Source: Candidatus Nezhaarchaeales archaeon
GTDB lineage: Archaea > Thermoproteota > Methanomethylicia > Nezhaarchaeales > B40-G2
Direction: 5' to 3'
Assembly (NCBI GenBank): GCA_038894875.1
Contig: JAWAOK010000012.1
Location: 1-25,353 of the forward strand
DNA length: 25,353 nt
Shown: positions 7,906-15,129 of the stretch, in pieces
Layout: the number at the start of each line of letters is the position of its first letter
Position numbering within the stretch: the stretch's first letter is position 1
Program-made: the position numbers and the translations under genes
The notes under the pieces: model-generated
Seen by the model: the letters and a program-made list of their open reading frames with translations, nothing else
Told to the model about the DNA's origin: nothing
Database searches by the model: none

Positions 7906-8304
7906 ATGGGCGTAAGTAGCTTCACCTACAGAGGGAAGACCTTGGAGGAGCTGCTCAAGATGCCCATGGACGACTTCATTAAGCTCCTCCCGGCCAGGCA
8001 GCGCCGAAGCCTAAGGCGCGGCCTAACTGAGGAGGAGCGCAAGCTGCTTGGGAAGATTAGGGAGGCGAGGCAGAAGGGCCTCAGTAAGCCCATCGAGACT
8101 CACGCGCGCGACATGATAATCCTCCCAGAGATGGTCGGGATGACCATCCACGTCCACAATGGCAAGGAGTTCGTCCCAGTGGAGATAACTGAGGAGATGA
8201 TAGGCCACCGCCTGGGCGAGTTCGCGCTAACCTGCAAGAAGGTGGAGCACGGCGCGCCCGGGCTGCGCGCTACCAAGAGCTCAATGTACGTGCCGCTCAA
8301 GTGA
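7906..8304 (+). CDS. rps19: 30S ribosomal protein S19 (uS19)
   Basis: ATG start. Motif [32 protein letters not shown]. Confidence 0.95.
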   Translation: MGVSSFTYRGKTLEELLKMPMDDFIKLLPARQRRSLRRGLTEEERKLLGKIREARQKGLSKPIETHARDMIILPEMVGMTIHVHNGKEFVPVEITEEMIGHRLGEFALTCKKVEHGAPGLRATKSSMYVPLK

Positions 8305-8361
8305 GCTGGCCCACCTGGCTCTCGGCAGGCGGAGCTAGCGGCGCTGGGCCACGGCGCAACA

Positions 8362-8375
8362 GCCCTTATAAGGGC
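8362..8375 (+). promoter_or_regulatory. Palindromic TATA-like element between rps19 and rpl22
   Basis: GCCCTTATAAGGGC is a perfect 14-bp palindrome with a TTATAA core, centred about 40 nt upstream of the rpl22 TTG start. Confidence 0.3.
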
Positions 8376-8409
8376 CTAGTAAGTAGCGTCCTCGCCCAAG
8401 GGGCGCGCG

Positions 8410-8871
8410 TTGCCTAACTTTGGCTACTCAATCAGCGGCCTCGACCCAGAGCGCACCTGCCTAGCCAGCGGCAGGGATCTGCGCGTTAGCTTCAAGAAGA
8501 TGGTCGAGCTGTGCGCTGCCATAAGGGGGATGAGGCTGGACGAGGCCAAGAGGCTGCTCGAGGATGTGATAGCCAAGAGGCGCATGATACCCTTTAGGAG
8601 GTTTAGGAGGAAGCGCGCACACCACGGAAGCATTGACGGCCACCCCTCCGGCGGCTACCCAGTCAAGGCCGCGAAGGAGCTACTCAAGGTGTTGCGTAAC
8701 GCGGAGAACAACGCAGAGAATAAGGGCCTGGACGTCTCCAGGCTTTACGTTAAGCACGCCGCTGCCCAGAAGGGGATGAAGATACGTAAGTACGTGCCCA
8801 GGGCCTTCGGCAGAGCCTCCCCGTACTTCCAGGAGCTCTGTCACGTGGAGGTGGCTCTCGAGGAGAGGTGA
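8410..8871 (+). CDS. rpl22: 50S ribosomal protein L22 (uL22)
   Basis: TTG start. Archaeal L22 pattern (ASGRDLRVSFKKMVELCAAIRGM ... IPFRRF) and its position after S19. Confidence 0.92.
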   Translation: MPNFGYSISGLDPERTCLASGRDLRVSFKKMVELCAAIRGMRLDEAKRLLEDVIAKRRMIPFRRFRRKRAHHGSIDGHPSGGYPVKAAKELLKVLRNAENNAENKGLDVSRLYVKHAAAQKGMKIRKYVPRAFGRASPYFQELCHVEVALEER

Positions 8872-9536
8872 GGGTGGTGGACGTAGAGAAGATGTTCATT
8901 GACAAGGCCCTAAAGAGGCTGGACATCGACAGGTTCCTATCCAAGGAGCTCGCGAGGGCTGGGTACTTGGGCGTGGACATTCAAAAGACGCCGCTGGGCG
9001 TCTTCTTAACGATATACGCTGAGCGGCCCGGACTCGTCATAGGCCGCCACGGGGCGACGGTCAAGGAGCTGGCTGAGAAGCTTGAGAAGCAGTTTGGCCT
9101 CGAGAGGCCTCAGATAAGCGCCGTCTCGGTCCCCGTGCCTGAACTGAGCGCCAAGGTGATGGCAATGAGGATAGCGTCGGCGCTCGAGCAGGGCATCCAC
9201 TTTAGGAGGGCCGCGTTCGTAGCACTGAACCGCATCATGGAGGCTGGGGCGCTGGGGGCTGAAATCATAATTAAGGGGAAGCTGAGGACTGAGCGCGCGC
9301 GCTACGAAAAGCTGAGGGCCGGGCTGCTGCTAAAGGCGGGCCAGATCTCGCAGGAGTACGTCGACGAGGCGGTGGCCCACTCCTTCCTCAAGCAGGGGAA
9401 GGTTGGGGTGAAGGTCAGGATAATGCTGCCGCAGGCAGCTGAGGCGATAAAGGTCCTGGACCGGGGGGAGGTTAAGGCGGCTAGCGCTGCGGAGGGCGGT
9501 CAGAGTGGCCATCTTGAGGGTCAAGGAGCTACGTAA
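8868..9536 (+). CDS. rps3: 30S ribosomal protein S3 (uS3)
   Basis: GTG start overlapping the L22 stop (GTGA). KH-domain pattern [41 protein letters not shown]. Confidence 0.95.
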   Translation: MRVVDVEKMFIDKALKRLDIDRFLSKELARAGYLGVDIQKTPLGVFLTIYAERPGLVIGRHGATVKELAEKLEKQFGLERPQISAVSVPVPELSAKVMAMRIASALEQGIHFRRAAFVALNRIMEAGALGAEIIIKGKLRTERARYEKLRAGLLLKAGQISQEYVDEAVAHSFLKQGKVGVKVRIMLPQAAEAIKVLDRGEVKAASAAEGGQSGHLEGQGAT

Positions 9537-9735
9537 GATGAGCCCCGAGGAGCGGGCCAGGAAGCTCGACGAGCTGTACGCCGAGCTGAGAAGGCTCAGG
9601 GCCAAGTCGGCGGCTGGCGGGGCTCTGGAGAATCCAGGCAGGTTGAGGGAGATCAGAAAGACCATCGCTAGGATACTAACTATTCAGCGCGAAGAGGAGC
9701 TCAAGGGTGGCGGCCGTGGACATAAGCCCTCATAA
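9505..9735 (+). CDS. rpl29: 50S ribosomal protein L29 (uL29)
   Basis: GTG start. Pattern [29 protein letters not shown]. Overlaps the S3 3' end by 32 nt. Confidence 0.9.
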   Translation: MAILRVKELRKMSPEERARKLDELYAELRRLRAKSAAGGALENPGRLREIRKTIARILTIQREEELKGGGRGHKPS

Positions 9736-10012
9736 TTTAGTTCGCCACGAGCTGATAGGGCTGGAGGTGAGGGTGGTTAGTAGCACCCACCGAGGCTACG
9801 TCGGCATAGCTGGCCGCGTCCTGGATGAGACCATGAACATGCTCTACATAGAGACCCCCGAGGGAGTTAAGGCCGTGCCCAAGGAGACTTCCAGCTTCCT
9901 ATTCACCTTGCCCAGCGGCGAGCTCGTGGAGGTCGAGGGCTGGGTCATTAAGGCGAGGCCCGAGGACCGAGTCAGGCGCAGCGTCAAGCGGACCAGGCCT
10001 CCTCGTCGCTGA
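9707..10012 (+). CDS. rnp1: RNase P protein component 1 (Rpp29/Pop4)
   Basis: GTG start. Pattern [36 protein letters not shown]. It holds the canonical archaeal position between L29 and S17. Confidence 0.85.
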   Translation: MAAVDISPHNLVRHELIGLEVRVVSSTHRGYVGIAGRVLDETMNMLYIETPEGVKAVPKETSSFLFTLPSGELVEVEGWVIKARPEDRVRRSVKRTRPPRR

Positions 10013-10049
10013 GCCGAGGGCTGCGAAAAGCGCTTAAGCCGGGCCCTAA

Positions 10050-10056
10050 GGAGGTG
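10050..10056 (+). promoter_or_regulatory. Shine-Dalgarno-like GGAGGTG upstream of rps17
   Basis: GGAGGTG ends 5 nt before the GTG start at 10062. Operon-internal archaeal genes commonly use SD sites. Confidence 0.45.
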
Positions 10057-10061
10057 GGGGC

Positions 10062-10400
10062 GTGTCCAAGCTACCCAGGCCTGGCATACCAGGGCTGAAG
10101 CCGCCTGAGTCCAGTTGCGACGACCCCGACTGCCCCTTCCATGGCACTCTATCGGTCAGAGGGGTGCTGCTGAGGGGGAGGGTCGTCAGCACGGCGCGCA
10201 AGGGGACTGTCACCATTTTGCGTGAGTACTTGCACTACGTACCAAAGTACGAGCGCTACGAGAGGCGGCGGAGCAAAATTAGTGCGCACTGCCCCCCCTG
10301 CATTAAGGTACAGGAGGGTGACGAAGTGCTGATAGGCGAGTGCAGGCCTCTCTCTAAGACTGTGAGCTTTGTCGTCTTAGGAAAGGCCAGGCCGGAGTAG
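10062..10400 (+). CDS. rps17: 30S ribosomal protein S17 (uS17)
   Basis: CDDPDCPFHGTLSVRG N-terminal motif and the C-terminal pattern GDEVLIGECRPLSKTVSF. Confidence 0.93.
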   Translation: MSKLPRPGIPGLKPPESSCDDPDCPFHGTLSVRGVLLRGRVVSTARKGTVTILREYLHYVPKYERYERRRSKISAHCPPCIKVQEGDEVLIGECRPLSKTVSFVVLGKARPE

Positions 10401-10482
10401 CGTGGCCGAAGCGCAGCTAGCCAATTAGGAAAGCCTTTAATCTATCCCTAGGGGGCTAGCCCACGCCTTTGAGTGAGGCGAG

Positions 10483-10911
10483 TTGGCTAAGAGGGGGCTG
10501 AAGGGGGCCGTCGGCATAACCTACAGGCCCAGGATAACACCGGGCCTTCCAGTAGGCAGCCTAGTTAAGTGCGCTGACAACAGCGGGGTGCAGGAGGTCA
10601 GGATCGTAGGCGTTGTCGGGCGCAAGTCCAGGCATCGAAGACTCCCCGCAGCAGCCGTAGGCGACATGGTCATAGTCTCCGTCCGCAAGGGGAAGCCTGA
10701 GCTTAAGAAGCAGATCTTGAAGGCAGTAGTCATAAGGCAGCGGAAGCCATACAGGCGGATTAACGGCGTATGGGTCCAGTTTGAGGACAATGCAGTCGTC
10801 ATCGTCAGCCCTGAGGGGGAGCCTAAGGGCACTGAGATCAGGGGCGTCGTGGCTAAGGAGGCTGCCGAGAGGTGGCCGAAGATAGCTGCCCTGACGACCA
10901 TGGTGGTGTAG
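10483..10911 (+). CDS. rpl14: 50S ribosomal protein L14 (uL14)
   Basis: TTG start. Pattern [18 protein letters not shown] ... [11 protein letters not shown]. Confidence 0.95.
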   Translation: MAKRGLKGAVGITYRPRITPGLPVGSLVKCADNSGVQEVRIVGVVGRKSRHRRLPAAAVGDMVIVSVRKGKPELKKQILKAVVIRQRKPYRRINGVWVQFEDNAVVIVSPEGEPKGTEIRGVVAKEAAERWPKIAALTTMVV

Positions 10912-10912
10912 C

Positions 10913-11293
10913 TTGAGCACTAAGTCTCACAAGCCCGGGAAGCAGCGCAAGGCCCTCTTTAACGCCCCCCTCCACATTAAGCACAAGATGCTCGCGGCCC
11001 ACCTATCTAAGGAGCTGCGCCAACAGTACGGCTTTAGGTCCCTCCCCGTCCGCAAGGGGGACACGGTAATGGTGATGAGGGGGGACTACAAGGGGATGGT
11101 CGGGAAGGTAGTTGAGGTCGATACCTCTAAGATGAGAGTCTACGTGGAGGGGGTTATGGCGGAGAAGATGGACGGGACTAAGTACTACGTACCCCTGCAC
11201 GCCTCCAACCTCCTTATAACTAAGCTAGACCTCTCAGATAAGGCCAGGAGGAAGATCGTAGAGCGCAGGGCATCGGCTGGAGGAGGTGGCTAG
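10913..11293 (+). CDS. rpl24: 50S ribosomal protein L24 (uL24)
   Basis: TTG start. KOW motif VRKGDTVMVMRGDYKGMVGKVVEV. Confidence 0.92.
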   Translation: MSTKSHKPGKQRKALFNAPLHIKHKMLAAHLSKELRQQYGFRSLPVRKGDTVMVMRGDYKGMVGKVVEVDTSKMRVYVEGVMAEKMDGTKYYVPLHASNLLITKLDLSDKARRKIVERRASAGGGG

Positions 11294-11303
11294 CTTGGGG
11301 AAG

Positions 11304-12053
11304 ATGGGCGGGTCGCGCCGCCTTAAGCGCCACGCAGCGCCCGCGTTCTGGCCAATTGAGCGGAAGGAGTATAAATGGGTCGTTAAGCCCAGCCCAGGCC
11401 CGCACCCGATCGATAAATGCATCCCCCTCCTACTAGTCGTCCGCGACATACTGGGCTATGCAGAGAGTGCCAGGGAGGCGAAGCTCATTATAGGCAGGGG
11501 GATGATTAAGGTGGACGGCAGGGTCTGTAGAGACCACAGGTTCCCCCTAGGGCTAATGGACGTCCTCGAGATACCCAAGCTAGACAAGCGCTTTAGGCTA
11601 GTGCCCCACCCTAAGGACTACTTGTGCCTCCATGAGATAGGGCCTGGCGAGGCCTCCTTCAAGCTGTGCCGCATTGAGGATAAGACGATAGTGAAGGGAG
11701 GCCACATACAGCTCAACCTTCACGACGGTCGCAACGTCCTCATACGGGTCTCGGACCCTAGGAGACCGGCTGAGGACGTCTACAAGACCATGGACGTTGT
11801 GAAACTCTCCCTCCCCGACGGCACCGTCCTCGACCACCTTAAGTTCGAGGCAGGGGCTGTGGCCATCATCACCGGGGGCAGGAACCTGGGGCGCGTGGGC
11901 AGGATAGTTGAAGTGAGCCGGGACCTATTCAGGGAGCAGAGGCTCGTGACCCTTGAGGGTAGGGGCGGCGAAAGGTTTAGCGCAAGCTACCTATACACCT
12001 TCGTCATAGGCTCGAAGGAGCCCGCTATCTCACTGCCAGAGGGCTACTGGTGA
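11304..12053 (+). CDS. rps4e: 30S ribosomal protein S4e (eS4)
   Basis: The ORF opens at GTG 11286, but ATG 11304 gives MGGSRRLKRHAAPAFWPI, which matches the usual S4e N-terminus. Also has the pattern KVDGRVCRDHRFPLGLMDV. Confidence 0.92.
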   Translation: MGGSRRLKRHAAPAFWPIERKEYKWVVKPSPGPHPIDKCIPLLLVVRDILGYAESAREAKLIIGRGMIKVDGRVCRDHRFPLGLMDVLEIPKLDKRFRLVPHPKDYLCLHEIGPGEASFKLCRIEDKTIVKGGHIQLNLHDGRNVLIRVSDPRRPAEDVYKTMDVVKLSLPDGTVLDHLKFEAGAVAIITGGRNLGRVGRIVEVSRDLFREQRLVTLEGRGGERFSASYLYTFVIGSKEPAISLPEGYW

Positions 12054-12577
12054 TGTCGGCGCCAACGTCGGAGAACCCAATGAGGAGGATCAGGGTGGGG
12101 AAGGTAGTTGTGAATATGGCCGTCGGCTCTTCTGGAGAGAGGCTGCTGAAGGCGGCACAAGTACTTGAGAAGCTCACTGGACAGAAGCCGTGCTTCAGGA
12201 GGGCGAAGAAGACCATCAAGGACTTTGGCATAAAGAAGGGGGAGAGCATTGCCTGCATCGTAACGCTCCGTAGAGAGAGGGCCTTGGACTTCCTCAAGCG
12301 GGCCCTGGCGGCCGTGGGCTTTAAGCTCAGACGCAGTTGCTTCGACCCCTTTGGGAACTTCTCCTTCGGCATTAAGGAGCACATCAACCTACCTGGCGTG
12401 AAGTACGACCCTGCGCTGGGCATCTTCGGCTTTGACGTATGCGTCAGCCTCGAGCGGCCCGGCTACCGAGTAAAGAGTAGGAGGCGGAGGCGCAGCAGCG
12501 TAGGCAAGGGGCATATAGTCACTAGGGAGGAGGCTTGGGAGTTCGTTGAGCGCGAGCTAGGGGCTACGCTAGTGTAG
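12050..12577 (+). CDS. rpl5: 50S ribosomal protein L5 (uL5)
   Basis: NPMRRIRVGKVVVNMAVG N-terminus. Start is GTG 12050 or ATG 12053, overlapping the S4e stop (TGATG). Confidence 0.95.
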   Translation: MMSAPTSENPMRRIRVGKVVVNMAVGSSGERLLKAAQVLEKLTGQKPCFRRAKKTIKDFGIKKGESIACIVTLRRERALDFLKRALAAVGFKLRRSCFDPFGNFSFGIKEHINLPGVKYDPALGIFGFDVCVSLERPGYRVKSRRRRRSSVGKGHIVTREEAWEFVERELGATLV

Positions 12578-12604
12578 CGGCAGAGCCGACGGGCGCGCGC
12601 AGGC

Positions 12605-14002
12605 CTAGCCCTGTCCGGCCAGCCCCTCTCTCCTCAGGACCTCCCTAGCCACGATTACTCCTGACGCCGAGGCCTGTACGAGGCCCCTGGTTATGCCAGC
12701 ACCATCCCCTATGGCGAAGAGGTTGCGTATCCTTGTCTCTAGGCTGCGGCTCAGCTCAAGCCTCGAGCTGTAGAACTTCACCTCCACTCCATAAAGCAGG
12801 GTGTGGTTAGAGTACACCCCCGGCGTCACTTCGTCCAAGGCCTTCAGCATCTCTAAGATGTCGGTCAAGTAGCGGTAGGGGAGGACGAAGCTTAGGTCTC
12901 CCGGCGTCGCTGACTTGAGCGTAGGCTCGACGAGATTGCGCCTTATGCGCTCCCAGGTCGACCTCCTACCTATCCTCAAGTCCCCCAAGCGCTGCACAAT
13001 AACGCCGCCGCTGATCAAGTTCGCCAGGCTAGCTAAGTAGCGCCCGTAGGCTATGGGCTCTTTGAAGGGCTCAGTGAATGAGGTACTAACGAGGATGGCG
13101 AAGTTGCTATTGTCGGTGCGCTTGCTCTCGTAGCTCTGGCCATTGACCGTGACCACTCCGTCGTAGTACTCAGTCACGACCTCTCCATAGGGGTTGAAGC
13201 AGAACGTGCGCACCCGATCGTCGAAGGTCTTGGAGTAGTAGATGAACTTAGGCTCGTAGAGCACGCTGGAGAGGGGCTCCATTACGTAGGCCGGGACCTC
13301 TACGCGCACCCCCACATCGACTGGGTTGTGCGTAGAGCGGAGCCTAAGCCTCTCGGCCTCCCTCCTAAGCCACTCCGCCCCGCTGCGTCCAGGCGCCAGC
13401 ACGACGTACTTGCCCTCCACCACCTCCCCGCTGCGCAGCCTCACCCCCCTAACCACCTCCCCCTCAACCAACACTGCATCTACCTCGCTACCCAGCCTCA
13501 CGTCCACCTCCCCCTCGAGCCTCCTCTTCATCTCCTTAACCACCTCCATGCACCTCTCGGTGCCTAAGTGCCTTATCTTGACCGGAATTAAGCGGAGGCC
13601 CGCTAGCGTGGCCTTTCGCTTAAACTCCTCGATGCGGTCCACCTCTACGCCGTATGCCTGCTTCGGCGCGCCGAACCTCACGTACACCTCGTCCACGTAG
13701 TTTATTAGCCTAGATAGCTCCTCCCTCCCCACGTACTCGTCGAGCCACCCCCCCACTTCAGGGGACAGCGTCAACTTACCATCGCTAAACGCTCCAGCCC
13801 CTCCCCAGCCACTAACTAAGTTGCATGGGTTACACCTAACGCAGCCCAGGCCGCGGTTGGCGGGGCAATGTCGCTGCTCCACGTCCAGCCCCTTGTCTAA
13901 CATTAGGATCCTTAAGTCGCTGCGCGACCTCAGCTCTAGCGCTGTAAAGATGCCCGCCGGGCCGCAGCCTACTATAATCACGTCGTACTTCAAGAGGTGC
14001 AC
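12605..14002 (-). CDS. FAD-dependent oxidoreductase-like protein (COG2509-like, function unknown)
   Basis: GTG start. N-terminal dinucleotide-binding fold YDVIIVGCGPAGIFTALEL and C-terminal FAIGDGAGITRG motif. Convergent with rpl5. Confidence 0.78.
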   Translation of the reverse strand: MHLLKYDVIIVGCGPAGIFTALELRSRSDLRILMLDKGLDVEQRHCPANRGLGCVRCNPCNLVSGWGGAGAFSDGKLTLSPEVGGWLDEYVGREELSRLINYVDEVYVRFGAPKQAYGVEVDRIEEFKRKATLAGLRLIPVKIRHLGTERCMEVVKEMKRRLEGEVDVRLGSEVDAVLVEGEVVRGVRLRSGEVVEGKYVVLAPGRSGAEWLRREAERLRLRSTHNPVDVGVRVEVPAYVMEPLSSVLYEPKFIYYSKTFDDRVRTFCFNPYGEVVTEYYDGVVTVNGQSYESKRTDNSNFAILVSTSFTEPFKEPIAYGRYLASLANLISGGVIVQRLGDLRIGRRSTWERIRRNLVEPTLKSATPGDLSFVLPYRYLTDILEMLKALDEVTPGVYSNHTLLYGVEVKFYSSRLELSRSLETRIRNLFAIGDGAGITRGLVQASASGVIVAREVLRREGLAGQG

Positions 14003-14084
14003 CAGCTCCTTTCGCGAGGGTGAGGATATATTCTTTATGGCAAAACGGCGTGAAAACTAAAAGCGCCCCCCTATAGACATTTGA

Positions 14085-14186
14085 GGGGCCGTAGGCTAGC
14101 TTGGTAGACTGCGAGGCTTGGGGCGCCGACCCCTACTGGGCGGCGCGGGACCCCTCGTGACCCAGGTTCAAATCCTGGCGGCCCCA
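14085..14186 (+). tRNA. tRNA-Pro (anticodon UGG) with a 29-nt canonical-position intron
   Basis: Acceptor GGGGCCG/CGGCCCC with discriminator A. T arm CCAGG-TTCAAAT-CCTGG. Anticodon stem CGAGG/CCTCG with loop CT-TGG-G before the intron. The D stem is imperfect and the variable loop is 4 nt. An A/T-rich box lies about 27 nt upstream. Confidence 0.85.
14123..14151 (+). other. tRNA-Pro intron (37/38) with BHB motif
   Basis: A 4-bp helix 14117-14120/14146-14149 (C-G, U.G, U.G, G-C) is flanked by 3-nt bulges 14121-14123 and 14150-14152. The intron stem is 14124-14128/14141-14145. Confidence 0.75.
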
Positions 14187-14206
14187 CTAAATTGACATTA
14201 ATGAAA

Positions 14207-14218
14207 CTTTATTAAAAA
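14207..14218 (+). promoter_or_regulatory. TATA-like box for tRNA-Cys
   Basis: CTTTATTAAAAA is centred about 27 nt upstream of tRNA position 1 (14239), the usual archaeal TATA-to-start spacing. Confidence 0.45.
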
Positions 14219-14238
14219 GGGGCCCCTTAATGCCCCTG

Positions 14239-14311
14239 GCCGGGGTGGCCGAGCGGTCTAGGCGGCGGCCTGCAGAGCCGCTTCACGCAGGTTCAAATCC
14301 TGCCCCCGGCT
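14239..14311 (+). tRNA. tRNA-Cys (anticodon GCA), no intron
   Basis: Acceptor GCCGGGG/CCCCGGC with discriminator U73 (typical of tRNA-Cys). Anticodon arm GCGGC-CTGCAGA-GCCGC. T arm GCAGG-TTCAAAT-CCTGC. Confidence 0.92.
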
Positions 14312-14419
14312 TAAATCGTCTACGCGATGGCCGGGCCACCCATGCCTCTTGGTAGCAAAGCTTAACTCAAGCTTCAGCGCCCCTTTAGAGGGGGCCGTAG
14401 TCTAGCAAGGTAGGACGGC

Positions 14420-14442
14420 ACCGGGCGGAGGCCCGGCGTTAG
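14420..14442 (+). other. tRNA-Trp intron 1 (non-canonical, between positions 28/29)
   Basis: BHB geometry: a 4-bp helix 14414-14417/14437-14440 (G.U, A-U, C-G, G-C) flanked by 3-nt bulges 14418-14420 and 14441-14443. Intron hairpin CCGGGC-GGAG-GCCCGG at 14421-14436. Confidence 0.7.
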
Positions 14443-14451
14443 GGGCTCCAG

Positions 14452-14505
14452 AGGGGCTAGGTACCTACGACCGCGGTGGGATGAAGAGCCTCTGGAGCGG
14501 GGGGT
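14452..14505 (+). other. tRNA-Trp intron 2 (canonical 37/38)
   Basis: A 4-bp helix 14446-14449/14500-14503 is flanked by 3-nt bulges 14450-14452 and 14504-14506. An alternative 10-bp pairing exists at 14445-14454/14489-14498. Confidence 0.7.
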
Positions 14506-14902
14506 ACCCGTTGGTCGTGGGTTCAAGTCCCACCGGCCCCACCATTAATTAAATTCGAGCCCCTCGCCCCGATCCCGGCCCTATGTAGCATGGACTAACT
14601 GATGGGCTTGGGCCCGCTAGGCTCCATAAGGCACCGCCGCAGCGGCCCCTCCCCTTAGCCCGTCTTAAGCGCATTAGCCCGTCAAGCTGGTTTGGCTTGG
14701 GGGCGCGCATGAAAAGTATGGCCCCTCCCGAGCTGCGCGCGTGAAGCACTGGCCGCGGTAGCCCCGTCCCTATCATTAAGGCTTGGGGCTACTGCGGCGA
14801 GACCCGCTGAGGGGGAGGGGTCGAGGCTGAGTATTAGTGGATGTGGAGGTCCATGAAGCACCGCCTGCCGAGGAACGGTAAGCTTAGTAAGCCCCCACGC
14901 TA

Positions 14903-15059
14903 AGTAGGTGCGGAGCGGCCGTACGCCGGCCATAGGCAGAGGGGAGACACCCGGTCTCGTCAGATCCCGGAAGTTAAGCCCTCTGCCGCGAGACCGAGTA
15001 CTCGACTCCGCGAGGGTCGGGGAAAGGCTCGTGCTGGCGACGGCCGCTCCGCACCTACT
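14903..15059 (+). rRNA. rrf: 5S rRNA (coordinates include an extended terminal helix; mature ends not determined)
   Basis: The core ACACCCGGTCTCGTCAGATCCCGGAAGTTAAGCC matches the universal 5S loop B/helix III/loop C region of crenarchaeal 5S rRNA. The termini 14903-14927 and 15036-15059 pair. Confidence 0.9.
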
Positions 15060-15084
15060 GTGAGAGGGAAGAGCCAACTAAGCT

Positions 15085-15099
15085 AATAAAACTATAAAG
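15085..15099 (+). promoter_or_regulatory. TATA-like box upstream of the DUF1512-like gene
   Basis: TAATAAAACTATAAA lies about 30-45 nt upstream of the TTG start at 15130, consistent with a short-leader transcript. Confidence 0.35.
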
Positions 15100-15129
15100 C
15101 AGGAGGCAGAGCGGCGGGAGGCAAGGAGG

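Larger units (their letters stand above)
14391..14544 (+). tRNA. tRNA-Trp (anticodon CCA) with two introns and encoded 3' CCA
   Basis: Acceptor GGGGCCG/CGGCCCC, discriminator A, then CCA. D arm GTCT-AGCAAGGTA-GGAC. T arm GTGGG-TTCAAGT-CCCAC. Removing 14420-14442 and 14452-14505 (77 nt, exactly the excess length) gives anticodon arm GCGGG-CTCCAGA-CCCGT and variable loop TGGTC. Confidence 0.8.

Noticed and set aside
14458-14476. Loop-less palindromes TAGGTACCTA and CCGCGG inside the tRNA-Trp intron
   Set aside because: They cannot form hairpins, having no loop. They are short enough to occur by chance in GC-rich sequence.
14481-14497. C/D box sRNA embedded in the large tRNA-Trp intron (as in euryarchaeal tRNA-Trp introns)
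   Set aside because: Only an imperfect C-like box (ATGAAGA) and no proper CTGA D box at the right spacing. No C'/D' pair is present.
14682-15077. 131-aa minus-strand ORF, and the 75-aa ORF at 14549-14776
   Set aside because: Low-complexity Ala/Arg/Gly/Pro/Ser composition typical of GC-rich noncoding frames. The larger one runs antisense through the 5S rRNA gene.
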